From: an uncultured Pelagibacteraceae bacterium
GTDB taxonomy: Bacteria; Pseudomonadota; Alphaproteobacteria; Pelagibacterales; Pelagibacteraceae
Direction: 5' to 3'
NCBI GenBank assembly: GCA_902620525.1
Contig: CACNIK010000006.1
Span: 13-64,012, forward strand
Length of the DNA stretch: 64,000 nt
Shown here: positions 40,837-50,013 of the stretch, piece by piece
Numbering within the stretch: the first letter of the stretch is position 1
Layout of the letters: each line of letters begins with the position of its first letter
Translations under genes and position numbers: made by a program
Notes under the pieces: model-generated
Database searches by the model: none
What the model was told of the DNA's origin: nothing
Seen by the model: the letters and a program-made list of their open reading frames with translations, nothing else

Positions 40837-41786
40837 AATATGAATTAAAAAAGATTTCAGGAGATGCATCTTTTAGAGAATTTTATAGATTAAAAAAGGG
40901 AAAAAAAACCTCAATTATTGTCCAAGCTAATAAAGAAAAGTTTAAAAATTTAATTAATTACGTTATAATTAATAAGATTCTAACAGAGAATAATATAATT
41001 GCCCCCAAACTTATAAGCAACTATTATCAAAACAATATAATTGAAATTTCAGATTTGGGCAAAAAATCCTTTTACGAAAAAATAATTAAAAAAAAAAATA
41101 AATTTAATTACTATAAAGATTTAATTAAAATTATTTTTAAATTACAAAAAATAAAGATTAAGAATAAATATTATTTTGGAAAATATAAAATAAAAATTCA
41201 AAAATATTCTTTGTCACATCTAAATAAAGAAACTGACTTATTTTTTGATTGGTATCTCAAATTTAACTCTAAAAAATTAAAAATCAGCCATACTAAAAAA
41301 ATTTTAAAAAAGGAATTAAATAAAATTTATAAAAAGCTTTATTTTAAAAATAATACTTTTGTACATAGGGATTTTCATGCATCTAATATTATGATCAATA
41401 AAAAAGCCATTGGCTTGATTGATAGTCAAGATGCGATAATTGGTAACCCTCTTTATGACGTAGTCTCATTAATTGATGATGTGAGAATAAAATTACCAAT
41501 AAATTTACAAAATAAATTACTTAAATTTTACCATTTAGAATCAAAATTAAGGAGGGAAAATTTTGCGAACTTAAAAAATGACTACGATATTCTTTCAGTT
41601 CAAAGGAATTTAAAGATTTTAGGAATATTTACTAGATTGAATAAAAGGGATAATAAGCCAACTTATTTAAAATATGTACCATATACATGGAACTTGATTA
41701 ATAGAAGACTTAAAAATCCTATTTTAAAAAATCTTCAATTATTATTAAGCAAACACGTTAAAATAAAAAAAATAAAGAAAAATTAA
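40833..41786 (+). CDS. Aminoglycoside-phosphotransferase-fold kinase, AmgK-like (anomeric MurNAc/GlcNAc kinase candidate)
   Basis: 317 aa; APH catalytic loop FVHRDFHASNIM and IDSQDA; conserved alphaproteobacterial tsaE-kinase-nucleotidyltransferase synteny. Confidence 0.6.
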   Translation: MKYELKKISGDASFREFYRLKKGKKTSIIVQANKEKFKNLINYVIINKILTENNIIAPKLISNYYQNNIIEISDLGKKSFYEKIIKKKNKFNYYKDLIKIIFKLQKIKIKNKYYFGKYKIKIQKYSLSHLNKETDLFFDWYLKFNSKKLKISHTKKILKKELNKIYKKLYFKNNTFVHRDFHASNIMINKKAIGLIDSQDAIIGNPLYDVVSLIDDVRIKLPINLQNKLLKFYHLESKLRRENFANLKNDYDILSVQRNLKILGIFTRLNKRDNKPTYLKYVPYTWNLINRRLKNPILKNLQLLLSKHVKIKKIKKN

Positions 41787-41792
41787 TATTTT

Positions 41793-42491
41793 ATGAGAGT
41801 TAAACATGCGATGATATTAGCTGCAGGACTTGGAACAAGAATGAAGCCGTTAACACTAGAAACGCCAAAACCGTTAGTAAAAGTAGGAAGTAAAAATTTA
41901 TTGGAAAGATCTATAAATCTTTTAGAAAATTATGGAGTAGAACAAGTAATTATAAATGTTCATCACTTAGCTGAGCAAATTGAAAAATTTATTTTAAATT
42001 TTAAATCAAAAATAAAAATAACTGTTTCAAATGAAAAAGATTTGTTACTAGATACTGGGGGTGGGGTTAAAGAAGGAACAAAAAGTTTTGGAAAAAACCC
42101 TTTTTTTATCTTAAACCCAGACACGTTATGGTTAACTGATTATTTAGTAGAAATGCAATCTTTAGAGAAAATTTACTACGAAAGCGAAAAACCATGCCTG
42201 TTATTAGTAAATAAAAGACTATCATTCGACAACAACTTTAAGGGAGATTTCAATTTAAAAAATAATATTGTTTCCAAAGATGTTAAAAATGATTTAATTT
42301 TTACCGGCTTACAATTGTTTGATAGAATTTATTTTGATCTGATTGATAAAAAAGTCTTTTCAATGAATGAAGTGTGGAAAAATTTAATAGACAACAAAAA
42401 GCTAGCTGGCTTTGAAAGCAGTAAAAAGTTTTATCATCTTAATACTGAAGAAATGTATAAGAAAATTTCAAGTTTAGATATTACTGATTAA
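41793..42491 (+). CDS. Sugar-1-phosphate nucleotidyltransferase, MurU-like
   Basis: 232 aa; N-terminal AMILAAGLGTRMKPLT (G-x-G-T-R-x-x-P-x-T) motif; paired with the AmgK-like kinase. Confidence 0.7.
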   Translation: MRVKHAMILAAGLGTRMKPLTLETPKPLVKVGSKNLLERSINLLENYGVEQVIINVHHLAEQIEKFILNFKSKIKITVSNEKDLLLDTGGGVKEGTKSFGKNPFFILNPDTLWLTDYLVEMQSLEKIYYESEKPCLLLVNKRLSFDNNFKGDFNLKNNIVSKDVKNDLIFTGLQLFDRIYFDLIDKKVFSMNEVWKNLIDNKKLAGFESSKKFYHLNTEEMYKKISSLDITD

Positions 42492-43200
42492 AAATTATAT
42501 TTTTAGCTCTAGTTTTATCTAAATAAAAATATTTTTCAATTTTTAAATTTTTTTCAAATTCAATAACTAATGGGTTGCCAGTTGGGATTTCTAATTCATT
42601 AATTTTTTCATCTGAAATATTAAATAAAAATTTGCACAATGCTCTTAAAGAATTTCCATGTGCCGAAACTAGAATGTTTTTGCTGTCAGAAAGATTTTTT
42701 TTTATCTCTTTTTCATAAAAAGGAACTACCCTTTCATAAGTATTTCTTAAAGACTCAGTAAAAGGGGTCATACCAATTGGAATACTTCCATTAAGCGGAC
42801 TAAAGTTTGATAAATATTTACTGTTCTCCGACATTGGTGGTGGAGGTATGTCCCATGATCTTCTATACTTTTTAAATTGTTCTTCACCAATTTTTTTTTT
42901 TGTTTCATCTTTATTAAGCCCAGTTAAAGATCCATAGTGCCTCTCATTCAACTGCCAAGCTGTATTAAATTTTAGATCAAGTTTATTTTTTTGAAGAATT
43001 GTTGTTAGTGTCTTTATCGCTCTTTTTAAAAAGGAAGTATAAGAAATATCAATTTTTATGTTAAGTTCTTTTATTAATTCACCTGATTTCTCAGCTTCCT
43101 CAATACCTTTTTTTGATAAATCAACATCTACCCATCCTGTAAATCTATTTTCTGCATTCCAAACACTTTGACCATGTCTTGTAAGGATTAATTTACTCAT
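42481..43200 (-). CDS. gpmA: 2,3-bisphosphoglycerate-dependent phosphoglycerate mutase
   Basis: 239 aa; LTRHGQSVWN phosphohistidine motif, ERHYG, SAHGNSLRAL. Confidence 0.93.
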   Translation of the reverse strand: MSKLILTRHGQSVWNAENRFTGWVDVDLSKKGIEEAEKSGELIKELNIKIDISYTSFLKRAIKTLTTILQKNKLDLKFNTAWQLNERHYGSLTGLNKDETKKKIGEEQFKKYRRSWDIPPPPMSENSKYLSNFSPLNGSIPIGMTPFTESLRNTYERVVPFYEKEIKKNLSDSKNILVSAHGNSLRALCKFLFNISDEKINELEIPTGNPLVIEFEKNLKIEKYFYLDKTRAKNIIFNQ

Positions 43201-43240
43201 AATAGTTAATTCAATTATTTTGTACTATAATAATACCAAA

Positions 43241-43633
43241 ATGAAAAATATAATATTTGAACTAATTAAATATACATACTATTTATCTCTAATAGCTTTA
43301 TTAATTTTATACTTATTTCCAGGCAGTTTAATTGGTTTTTTTCTATATGGTGATCTTGGAAAGCAACCAAATCTAATTCCTAATCCAATTGGAACTTCAA
43401 TTAATCATCTGATATTCTTTTTTTATTTGGGTATTCTAAGTTTTGTTATCTACTCTAAAAAAAAAAAAATAATTTATAGTTACTCATTTTTATTTTGTGT
43501 TTCAATATTGTCAGAATTGTTACACCTTATAATTCCTAACAGGGCTTTTGAATTAAATGATTTGTTAGCTAACAGTTCAGGAGTTATATTTGCCTTTTTT
43601 TTATGTAATATTGTCAAAAAACTAAAAAATTAA
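43241..43633 (+). CDS. VanZ-like membrane protein
   Basis: ORF opens at a TTG at 43220, first ATG at 43241; four TM segments; SELLHLIIPNRAFELNDLLANSSGV matches the VanZ E-x-x-Q/H...R...D...N-x-x-G pattern. Confidence 0.6.
   Translation: MKNIIFELIKYTYYLSLIALLILYLFPGSLIGFFLYGDLGKQPNLIPNPIGTSINHLIFFFYLGILSFVIYSKKKKIIYSYSFLFCVSILSELLHLIIPNRAFELNDLLANSSGVIFAFFLCNIVKKLKN
43457..43469 (+). repeat. A13 homopolymer inside the VanZ-like CDS (encodes KKKK-I)
   Basis: Counted directly: thirteen a from 43457 to 43469. Confidence 0.95.
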
Positions 43634-43636
43634 AAT

Positions 43637-44128
43637 ATGCGAATAGTAATTTTATTTTTTATATTTACTTCTAATATTCTAGCTCAAGAAATTATTGGAA
43701 TTCCAAGAATAGTTGATGGCGATACTATTTACATTAATGAATACAAAATTAGGCTTGAAGGAATAGATGCTCCAGAAATGAGACAGCAATGCAAAAAAGA
43801 GAGACTTAAAATTTCCTCAATTATCGGATTTACATTTTATAAGAATTATAGTTGTGGAGAAGTTTCAAAAGAAAATCTTGAGTTAAAAATTGATAGATCA
43901 AAGATTAAATGTATTTCCTCTACCAAAGATAGGTATAAAAGATATTTAGCTAAGTGTTTTAAAGATAAAATTAACCTAAATCGATGGATGGTAAGAAACG
44001 GTTATGCAGTGGCTTATAGACGATATTCAAAAGAATATGTATCCGATGAAGATTTTGCTAGAGAAAATAAGCTAGGATTGTGGCAAGGAAAATTCTTTAG
44101 ACCAGAAAAATGGAGAAAGCTTAATTAA
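43637..44128 (+). CDS. Secreted staphylococcal-nuclease-like (thermonuclease) protein
   Basis: 163 aa; signal peptide; VDGDTI, IRLEGIDAPE, GLWQG SNase motifs. Confidence 0.8.
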   Translation: MRIVILFFIFTSNILAQEIIGIPRIVDGDTIYINEYKIRLEGIDAPEMRQQCKKERLKISSIIGFTFYKNYSCGEVSKENLELKIDRSKIKCISSTKDRYKRYLAKCFKDKINLNRWMVRNGYAVAYRRYSKEYVSDEDFARENKLGLWQGKFFRPEKWRKLN

Positions 44129-44148
44129 TATTTAGTATAAATTAATTA

Positions 44149-44748
44149 GTGATTCATAATAGAAAAAATTTATTTATATTTCTTTTTTTTATTTTATCAG
44201 CATGTTCTTCAATTCCAAAAAACACTCAGAATAGTTGTGCTATTTTCGAAGAAAGATACCTTTGGTACAAACATGCTAAGGCTTCTTATGAAAAATGGGG
44301 AGCACCAATACATTTACAATTAGCTTTTGTAAAAAAGGAAAGTGATTTTAATTGGTTAGCAAAACCACCCCGAAAAAAACTTTTTAAGGTTATTCCTTTC
44401 AAAAGACCTTCCTCCTCATTTGGATATTCTCAAGCTGTAAAAGGAACTTGGGAACAATATAAAAGAGAAACCAATAACCCTTTAGCGACAAGAGCAAGAT
44501 TTAAAGACTCGGTTGATTTTATTGGTTGGTACATAAATAAAACTAACAAAATTCTTAGAATTTCAAAAAAAGATGCTTATAAGCAATACTTGGCATATTA
44601 CAAGGGTTGGGGTGATTACAAAAATTATTCAAAAGACAAAAAAGCTATCATTTATGCTAAATCAGTTAAAGATTTTGCTTCGAAATATAGAAAACAATTA
44701 ACTATTTGTAAAAAAAACTTGGACAAAAATAAGTATATTATTTTTTAA
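44149..44748 (+). CDS. Lipoprotein with lytic-transglycosylase (SLT)-like motifs
   Basis: 199 aa, GTG start; lipobox ILSAC; KKESDFN ... FGYSQAVKGTWEQY resembles E-S...G-x-x-Q...Y of SLT domains (weak). Confidence 0.5.
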   Translation: MIHNRKNLFIFLFFILSACSSIPKNTQNSCAIFEERYLWYKHAKASYEKWGAPIHLQLAFVKKESDFNWLAKPPRKKLFKVIPFKRPSSSFGYSQAVKGTWEQYKRETNNPLATRARFKDSVDFIGWYINKTNKILRISKKDAYKQYLAYYKGWGDYKNYSKDKKAIIYAKSVKDFASKYRKQLTICKKNLDKNKYIIF

Positions 44749-47700
44749 GTTGCTTATTTAACTCAATTTCAACAGCGTCAATTCTTTGAGTGTTCTTTCC
44801 AATAATAGAGTAAATTGTTGGAATTACATATAGAGTGAAAAAAGTTGAAAAAAGCATTCCACCGAATATAGTTATTCCAACAGTCAGTCTACTTGCTGCT
44901 CCTGGCCCAGAGCCAAGTATTAAAGGAAGCACTCCAATAATAGTTGAAAGACTTGTCATTAAAATTGGTCTGAATCTAATTGATGCAGCCTCTATTATTG
45001 ATGTCTCGATATTTTTTCCCTCTTTTCTCAGCTGATTTGCAAATTCTACAATTAAGATTCCATTTTTTGCTGACAGGCCAATTAATATTATTAAAGCAAT
45101 TTGACTATAAATATTTAAAGAGGAGCCAACAACCAATATTCCTAATAGACCTCCAAGTATTGCTAGTGGAACCGTTAACATTATAGTTAAGGGATGTTTC
45201 CAGCTTTCAAATTGAGCACTCATCGCTAAATATGCTGTGACCAAAGCCAATATAAATATGATATATAATTCTGTATTAGTTTTTTTATACTCTTCGCTTT
45301 CTCCTTTGTAAGCAATTTTTGCCTCAGGTGTATTTTTCTCAACAACTTTGACTAAAAAATTCAAGGCCTCATCTAAAGAGTAGTCACCAACCAATCTTGC
45401 TGAAATTGTTACTGCTTTTTGTCTGTTATATCTTGCTAAGAAAGGGGACTGACCTTCCTCATCATACCGAATTAAATTAGAGACTGATACAAGTTTTCCA
45501 TTGTTATTAGATCTAACAAAAACTTTACTAATACTATCCGGCTCCTGTCTATCTTTAATATCACCTTGAAGAATTATGGAGTATTCCTTTCCATCTCTAG
45601 TAAAATTTGTAACTCTTTTAGAGCCAAAAATAGTTTCAATTGTTCTTCCTATATCCTCTGTAGAAACACCTAAGTCGGCAGCTTTTTTTTGATCAATTTG
45701 AACATTAAGTTGTGGTTTATTTAAATCAAAATCATCTTGTATTGATGTAAGCCCAGGATTCTTTCTAGCCTCTTTTTTGATAACATTTTTCCATTCTATT
45801 AATTGGTCATATGTATTACCTAAGATTACAAATTGAACAGGACTTTCTACACCACCTGTTCTAATACCTTGAGGCATTATTGGAAAAGCAAGCACACCTG
45901 GTACTTTAGAGATTTTTCCAAAAGACTCTCTCATTATTTTAACTCCATGACGATCTCTTTTAGCCCATGGTTCCAAAAGTACTATTATAAAACCACTATT
46001 TACTTGTTTTGCTGATTTTCCAAATCCTGGTACTCGCAATATTAATTTCCTATATTCTCCTTTACCAACATTAGGCAATAAAAGATTTTCAATATCTTCT
46101 GCTTTAGATTTTGTAAAATTGAACCCTGAACCTTGAGGGGCCTTCACTATTACGAAAAATGCACCTCTGTCCTCAGGTGCAATTAATTCTTTTGGAGCAT
46201 AATTAAATAAAAAAATTGTTAGAGACAATACTATTGCTAAAAAAGAAATTATAATTTTTCTTTTTCTTACCCAGCTAATAAGTGATTGTTTGTAAACTAG
46301 TGTAATATTTTTTAAAAATTTTTCAAATTTTATTACAATTTTAGATTTATTCATATTTTTCTTAAGAACTTTACTACCTATCATTGGACTTAAAGAAAGT
46401 GCTACAAAGCTTGATATAACTACAGCTGAAGCTAAAGTGATTGCCGTTTGGGTAAATAATACACCAGTAATACCTTTAATAAAAATAAGCGGGATAAATA
46501 CTGCAACTAATACAACTGTAGTGGCAATAATTGCAAAAGAGACTTGCTTCGCCCCTTTATATGCTGCAACAAGTGGCGTATCTCCCAACTCTATTCTTCT
46601 TACGATATTTTCAAGCATTACTATAGCGTCGTCAACAACAATCCCTATCGCTAAGACTAATGCCATTAAGGTAAATAGATTTATTGAAAAATCAAAAAAA
46701 TAAATAGATAAAAAAGTAGAAATTAAAGAAACCGGCAAAGCAATTAGAGGAACTATTAATGCTCTGATATTACCTAAGAATAAATAAATGATAATTGTTA
46801 CCAATATCAAAGCAATAAATAAAGTTTTGTAAACTTCCTTTATCGCAGCCTTTATATAATTACTTCTGTCGAAAGAAACTTCTAAAGATGTTCCAGGAGG
46901 TAATCCCGGTTTAATTTCTTTAATTTTATTTTTAATCCCATTTGCAACTTTAATAGTATTGGCGTCTGACTGTTGATAAATACCAATACCGACAACTTGT
47001 TTACCGTTTCCTTTAAATAATGTTCTGGTTGATTCTGCTCCAAGTTCAACTCTAGAAACGTCTGACAGTGTGATAATTGATCCATCCCTTGCTCTTTTAA
47101 GCGGTAGTTTTTTATAACTTTCTAAATTTTCATAGGCCTTATCCAATTTGATAGTTAAATCAACATCTTTTGACTCAATTCTTCCTGCAGGAAACTCAAC
47201 ATTTTCTTTTCTTAAAACCGACTCAACTTCTTGTGTTGTCAAATCTCTAGCTGCAAGAGCTATCGGATCTAACCACACTCTTAAGGAAAGTTCTCTCTCT
47301 CCTCCTAAACGAACTCTACCGACCCCCTCTACAGTTGAGAATAAATCAGTTAAGTATCGATCAGCATAATCAGTTAATTCTAAATCTGTCATAGTATCTG
47401 AATTAAAAGACAACCACATTGTTGTTCTCATGCCAGCGCTTTGTTTAAAAATTTCAGGTTGTTCAGCACCATCAGGAAGATTGTCTAATACTCTTGCGAC
47501 TGAGCTTCTAACATCGTTGGCCACATCGTCTAAATCTAAATTGTTTTCAAATGTGAGTGTAATTCTAGAACTTTCATCTTCACTAAAAGAGTCTATAGTT
47601 TCTAATCCAGGTGTTCCTCCGACAAAATCTTCTATTCTTTGGGTTATCTGAGTGTCAATAATTTCTGCAGACGCACCTTTATACTCTGTCTGAATAGTAA

Positions 47701-47833
47701 CAACAGGAGGCTGAACATCTGGTAATTCATCTGTTGGTATTTCATTAAAAGTAAAAAGACCAAAAATAACTAAAACCAAACTCATCACAGATGCAACAAC
47801 AGGTCTTTTTATTGATAAATCGGTTAAAAACAT
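44738..47833 (-). CDS. RND efflux pump inner-membrane transporter (AcrB/HAE1 family)
   Basis: 1031 aa; 12-TM RND architecture with two large periplasmic loops; conserved TM4 VDDAIV region. Confidence 0.93.
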   Translation of the reverse strand: MFLTDLSIKRPVVASVMSLVLVIFGLFTFNEIPTDELPDVQPPVVTIQTEYKGASAEIIDTQITQRIEDFVGGTPGLETIDSFSEDESSRITLTFENNLDLDDVANDVRSSVARVLDNLPDGAEQPEIFKQSAGMRTTMWLSFNSDTMTDLELTDYADRYLTDLFSTVEGVGRVRLGGERELSLRVWLDPIALAARDLTTQEVESVLRKENVEFPAGRIESKDVDLTIKLDKAYENLESYKKLPLKRARDGSIITLSDVSRVELGAESTRTLFKGNGKQVVGIGIYQQSDANTIKVANGIKNKIKEIKPGLPPGTSLEVSFDRSNYIKAAIKEVYKTLFIALILVTIIIYLFLGNIRALIVPLIALPVSLISTFLSIYFFDFSINLFTLMALVLAIGIVVDDAIVMLENIVRRIELGDTPLVAAYKGAKQVSFAIIATTVVLVAVFIPLIFIKGITGVLFTQTAITLASAVVISSFVALSLSPMIGSKVLKKNMNKSKIVIKFEKFLKNITLVYKQSLISWVRKRKIIISFLAIVLSLTIFLFNYAPKELIAPEDRGAFFVIVKAPQGSGFNFTKSKAEDIENLLLPNVGKGEYRKLILRVPGFGKSAKQVNSGFIIVLLEPWAKRDRHGVKIMRESFGKISKVPGVLAFPIMPQGIRTGGVESPVQFVILGNTYDQLIEWKNVIKKEARKNPGLTSIQDDFDLNKPQLNVQIDQKKAADLGVSTEDIGRTIETIFGSKRVTNFTRDGKEYSIILQGDIKDRQEPDSISKVFVRSNNNGKLVSVSNLIRYDEEGQSPFLARYNRQKAVTISARLVGDYSLDEALNFLVKVVEKNTPEAKIAYKGESEEYKKTNTELYIIFILALVTAYLAMSAQFESWKHPLTIMLTVPLAILGGLLGILVVGSSLNIYSQIALIILIGLSAKNGILIVEFANQLRKEGKNIETSIIEAASIRFRPILMTSLSTIIGVLPLILGSGPGAASRLTVGITIFGGMLFSTFFTLYVIPTIYSIIGKNTQRIDAVEIELNKQLKK

Positions 47834-47837
47834 TTTA

Positions 47838-48710
47838 TTATTTAGTATTAATAATTTTTACTTTTGTCTTATTTCTTACTTTAGAAACTCCTTCGGAAAT
47901 CACCAGGTCACCCTCATTTATTCCCGACAGAACAGAGACTTTTCCAAAGTTTCTATTTCCAATTTTTATATCTCTTTTTTCAGCAATATTGTTTTTTACA
48001 ATATAGACAAAAGAGGTATTTCCCTGAATTGTTACTGCACTTTCTGGGACTCCTATTTGATTAACTTCATTATAAATAATTTTTACGGTCATTAACTGCC
48101 CAGGAATTATTTCAAAATTTTTATTATTAACAGAAATTCTGGCTAAAATAGATCTTGTCGAAGGATCAATTCTTGAACTAATAGAGGACACTCTACCTTT
48201 AAAAATTTTTCCAGAAAAAGCAGAGCTGGAAATTTCTGCTTTTAAACCTGGTTTTAAAATTCCTACGTAACTTTCAGGAATTTTAATGTCTATCACGATT
48301 TTTTTTAAGTCATCAAGAGTAATAATTAAACTATCTGATCCTAGAACACCCTGAGCTATTTCTCTTTTACCGAGTTTACCTGCAAAATCTGCAACAATAT
48401 TATTACTATCTTTTAAAGCAGCTATGATCTCCCCCTTTTTTACAAATCTATTTTCAATTCTTAAATTTCCTATTACATTATCTTTTTTTATTCTGTAGGT
48501 TTTAGAATTCTGAGCTATTGCAGTTCCAAAGGTTTCAATACTTTTATAAAATTGTGATTTCTCAACTTCTTTTACTATTACACCTGGTGCTGGTCTTGTA
48601 CTAAATTTTTTTTTAAAGTGTAATCCTATAAAATGTCTTGCAGTTATTACAACTGTAATAGCAATAATAAATATAATAATAAAAGTTTTTATTTTAGTTG
48701 ATGTTTTCAT
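47838..48710 (-). CDS. RND efflux membrane fusion protein (AcrA/HlyD family)
   Basis: ORF opens at 48737; ATG 48710 (MKTSTKIKTF...) lies 2 nt after the sseA stop; N-terminal anchor, beta-barrel/lipoyl-like segments; immediately upstream of the RND gene. Confidence 0.8.
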   Translation of the reverse strand: MKTSTKIKTFIIIFIIAITVVITARHFIGLHFKKKFSTRPAPGVIVKEVEKSQFYKSIETFGTAIAQNSKTYRIKKDNVIGNLRIENRFVKKGEIIAALKDSNNIVADFAGKLGKREIAQGVLGSDSLIITLDDLKKIVIDIKIPESYVGILKPGLKAEISSSAFSGKIFKGRVSSISSRIDPSTRSILARISVNNKNFEIIPGQLMTVKIIYNEVNQIGVPESAVTIQGNTSFVYIVKNNIAEKRDIKIGNRNFGKVSVLSGINEGDLVISEGVSKVRNKTKVKIINTK

Positions 48711-48712
48711 TT

Positions 48713-49528
48713 TTATTTGAGCCCGTACTCTGCCCAAGAACCATCATATATAACCGGTAATTTGTTATTAATAACAGTACTTGCCAAACCTAAGACACAG
48801 GCCGTTATACCACTTCCGCAGCTAAAAGCTAATTTTTCATTTGGATTTATGCCGTGGTTTATGAATATTTTCTCTAATTCTGCTTTTTTCTTAAAGGTAT
48901 TGTTTTCAGAATTTATTATTTTTGAGAACGGGAGGTTTTTTGATCCTTTTACATTTCCTCTCTTTAAATTTTTTCTTGGCTCTTCTACTAATCCTTTAAA
49001 TCTATCTTTTCCTCTGGCATCAACTAAACAAAATTTTTTTTCTTTGATATTATTTTTGACTTGATTAAAATTAATTACTAAATCATTTTTTTCTTTAGCT
49101 TTATATTTAGTTTCTATTATACTAACTTTTTCATTTGATAATGGTCTATTTTCTAATTTCCACTTTTTTAATCCACCATCTAAGACTGAGACTAAATTAA
49201 TATCATGTCCAAAATATAAAAAAGTAAACCAGCATCTACTTGCGCTTAGTACTTCAGAATTATCGTAGATAATAATATGATCATCATTTTTAATACCTAA
49301 TCTAGAAACTATTTTTTCCCAATCTTGAGAGACTGGCAGCATATGAGGCAAGGAAATATTTTGATTTGAATTTTCATCTAAATCAAAAAAAATTGAATTT
49401 TTTATGTGATTTTGTTTATACTCTCCTAATGCATTTCGATTTGAATTAGGCATATGCCAAGTGGCATCTAAAATTTTTACTTTACTAATATTTTCCTCTA
49501 GCCAGTCGGTAGATTTTAAAGGACTCAT
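48713..49528 (-). CDS. sseA: 3-mercaptopyruvate sulfurtransferase (tandem rhodanese)
   Basis: 271 aa; two rhodanese domains, active-site loop SCGSGITACV typical of MST (CG[ST]G[VI]TA). Confidence 0.88.
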   Translation of the reverse strand: MSPLKSTDWLEENISKVKILDATWHMPNSNRNALGEYKQNHIKNSIFFDLDENSNQNISLPHMLPVSQDWEKIVSRLGIKNDDHIIIYDNSEVLSASRCWFTFLYFGHDINLVSVLDGGLKKWKLENRPLSNEKVSIIETKYKAKEKNDLVINFNQVKNNIKEKKFCLVDARGKDRFKGLVEEPRKNLKRGNVKGSKNLPFSKIINSENNTFKKKAELEKIFINHGINPNEKLAFSCGSGITACVLGLASTVINNKLPVIYDGSWAEYGLK

Positions 49529-49974
49529 CTTCGGGTTTTTTCAATATATTTTTGATGGTATTCCTCTGCCTTACAATAGTTTTTTACAGGAGAAATATTT
49601 GTTTCGATTTTATTATTAAATACTTTATTAAATTTTTCTTTAACTTTTTTTGCTATTTCTTTTTGTTGTTCATTTTCGTAAAATATTTCACTTCTATATT
49701 GAGTTCCTACATCTGGAAATTGCATGTCTTTTTGAGTTGGGTCATGCAATTTAAAAAATAGCTCTAAAATTTTTTCATAGGATATAATTTTTTCGTCAAA
49801 CGAAAGTTTTACAATTTCTGCGTGACCAGTGTTACCTTGGCAAACTTCTTCATAGGTTACTTTCGATTTATAACCCCCAGCATATCCTACCTCGGTACCT
49901 ATTATGCCTTTTTGAGTTTTAAATTGCTCTTCAGGTTTCCAGAAACATCCCATTGCTAAGTAACATTTTTGCAT
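49525..49974 (-). CDS. msrA: Peptide methionine (S)-sulfoxide reductase
   Basis: 149 aa; active site AMGCFWK, GHAEIV, YHQKY motifs. Confidence 0.93.
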   Translation of the reverse strand: MQKCYLAMGCFWKPEEQFKTQKGIIGTEVGYAGGYKSKVTYEEVCQGNTGHAEIVKLSFDEKIISYEKILELFFKLHDPTQKDMQFPDVGTQYRSEIFYENEQQKEIAKKVKEKFNKVFNNKIETNISPVKNYCKAEEYHQKYIEKTRR

Positions 49975-50013
49975 AAGTAATTTTATATGTTATGAAGTGT
50001 TGAGGATAATAAA

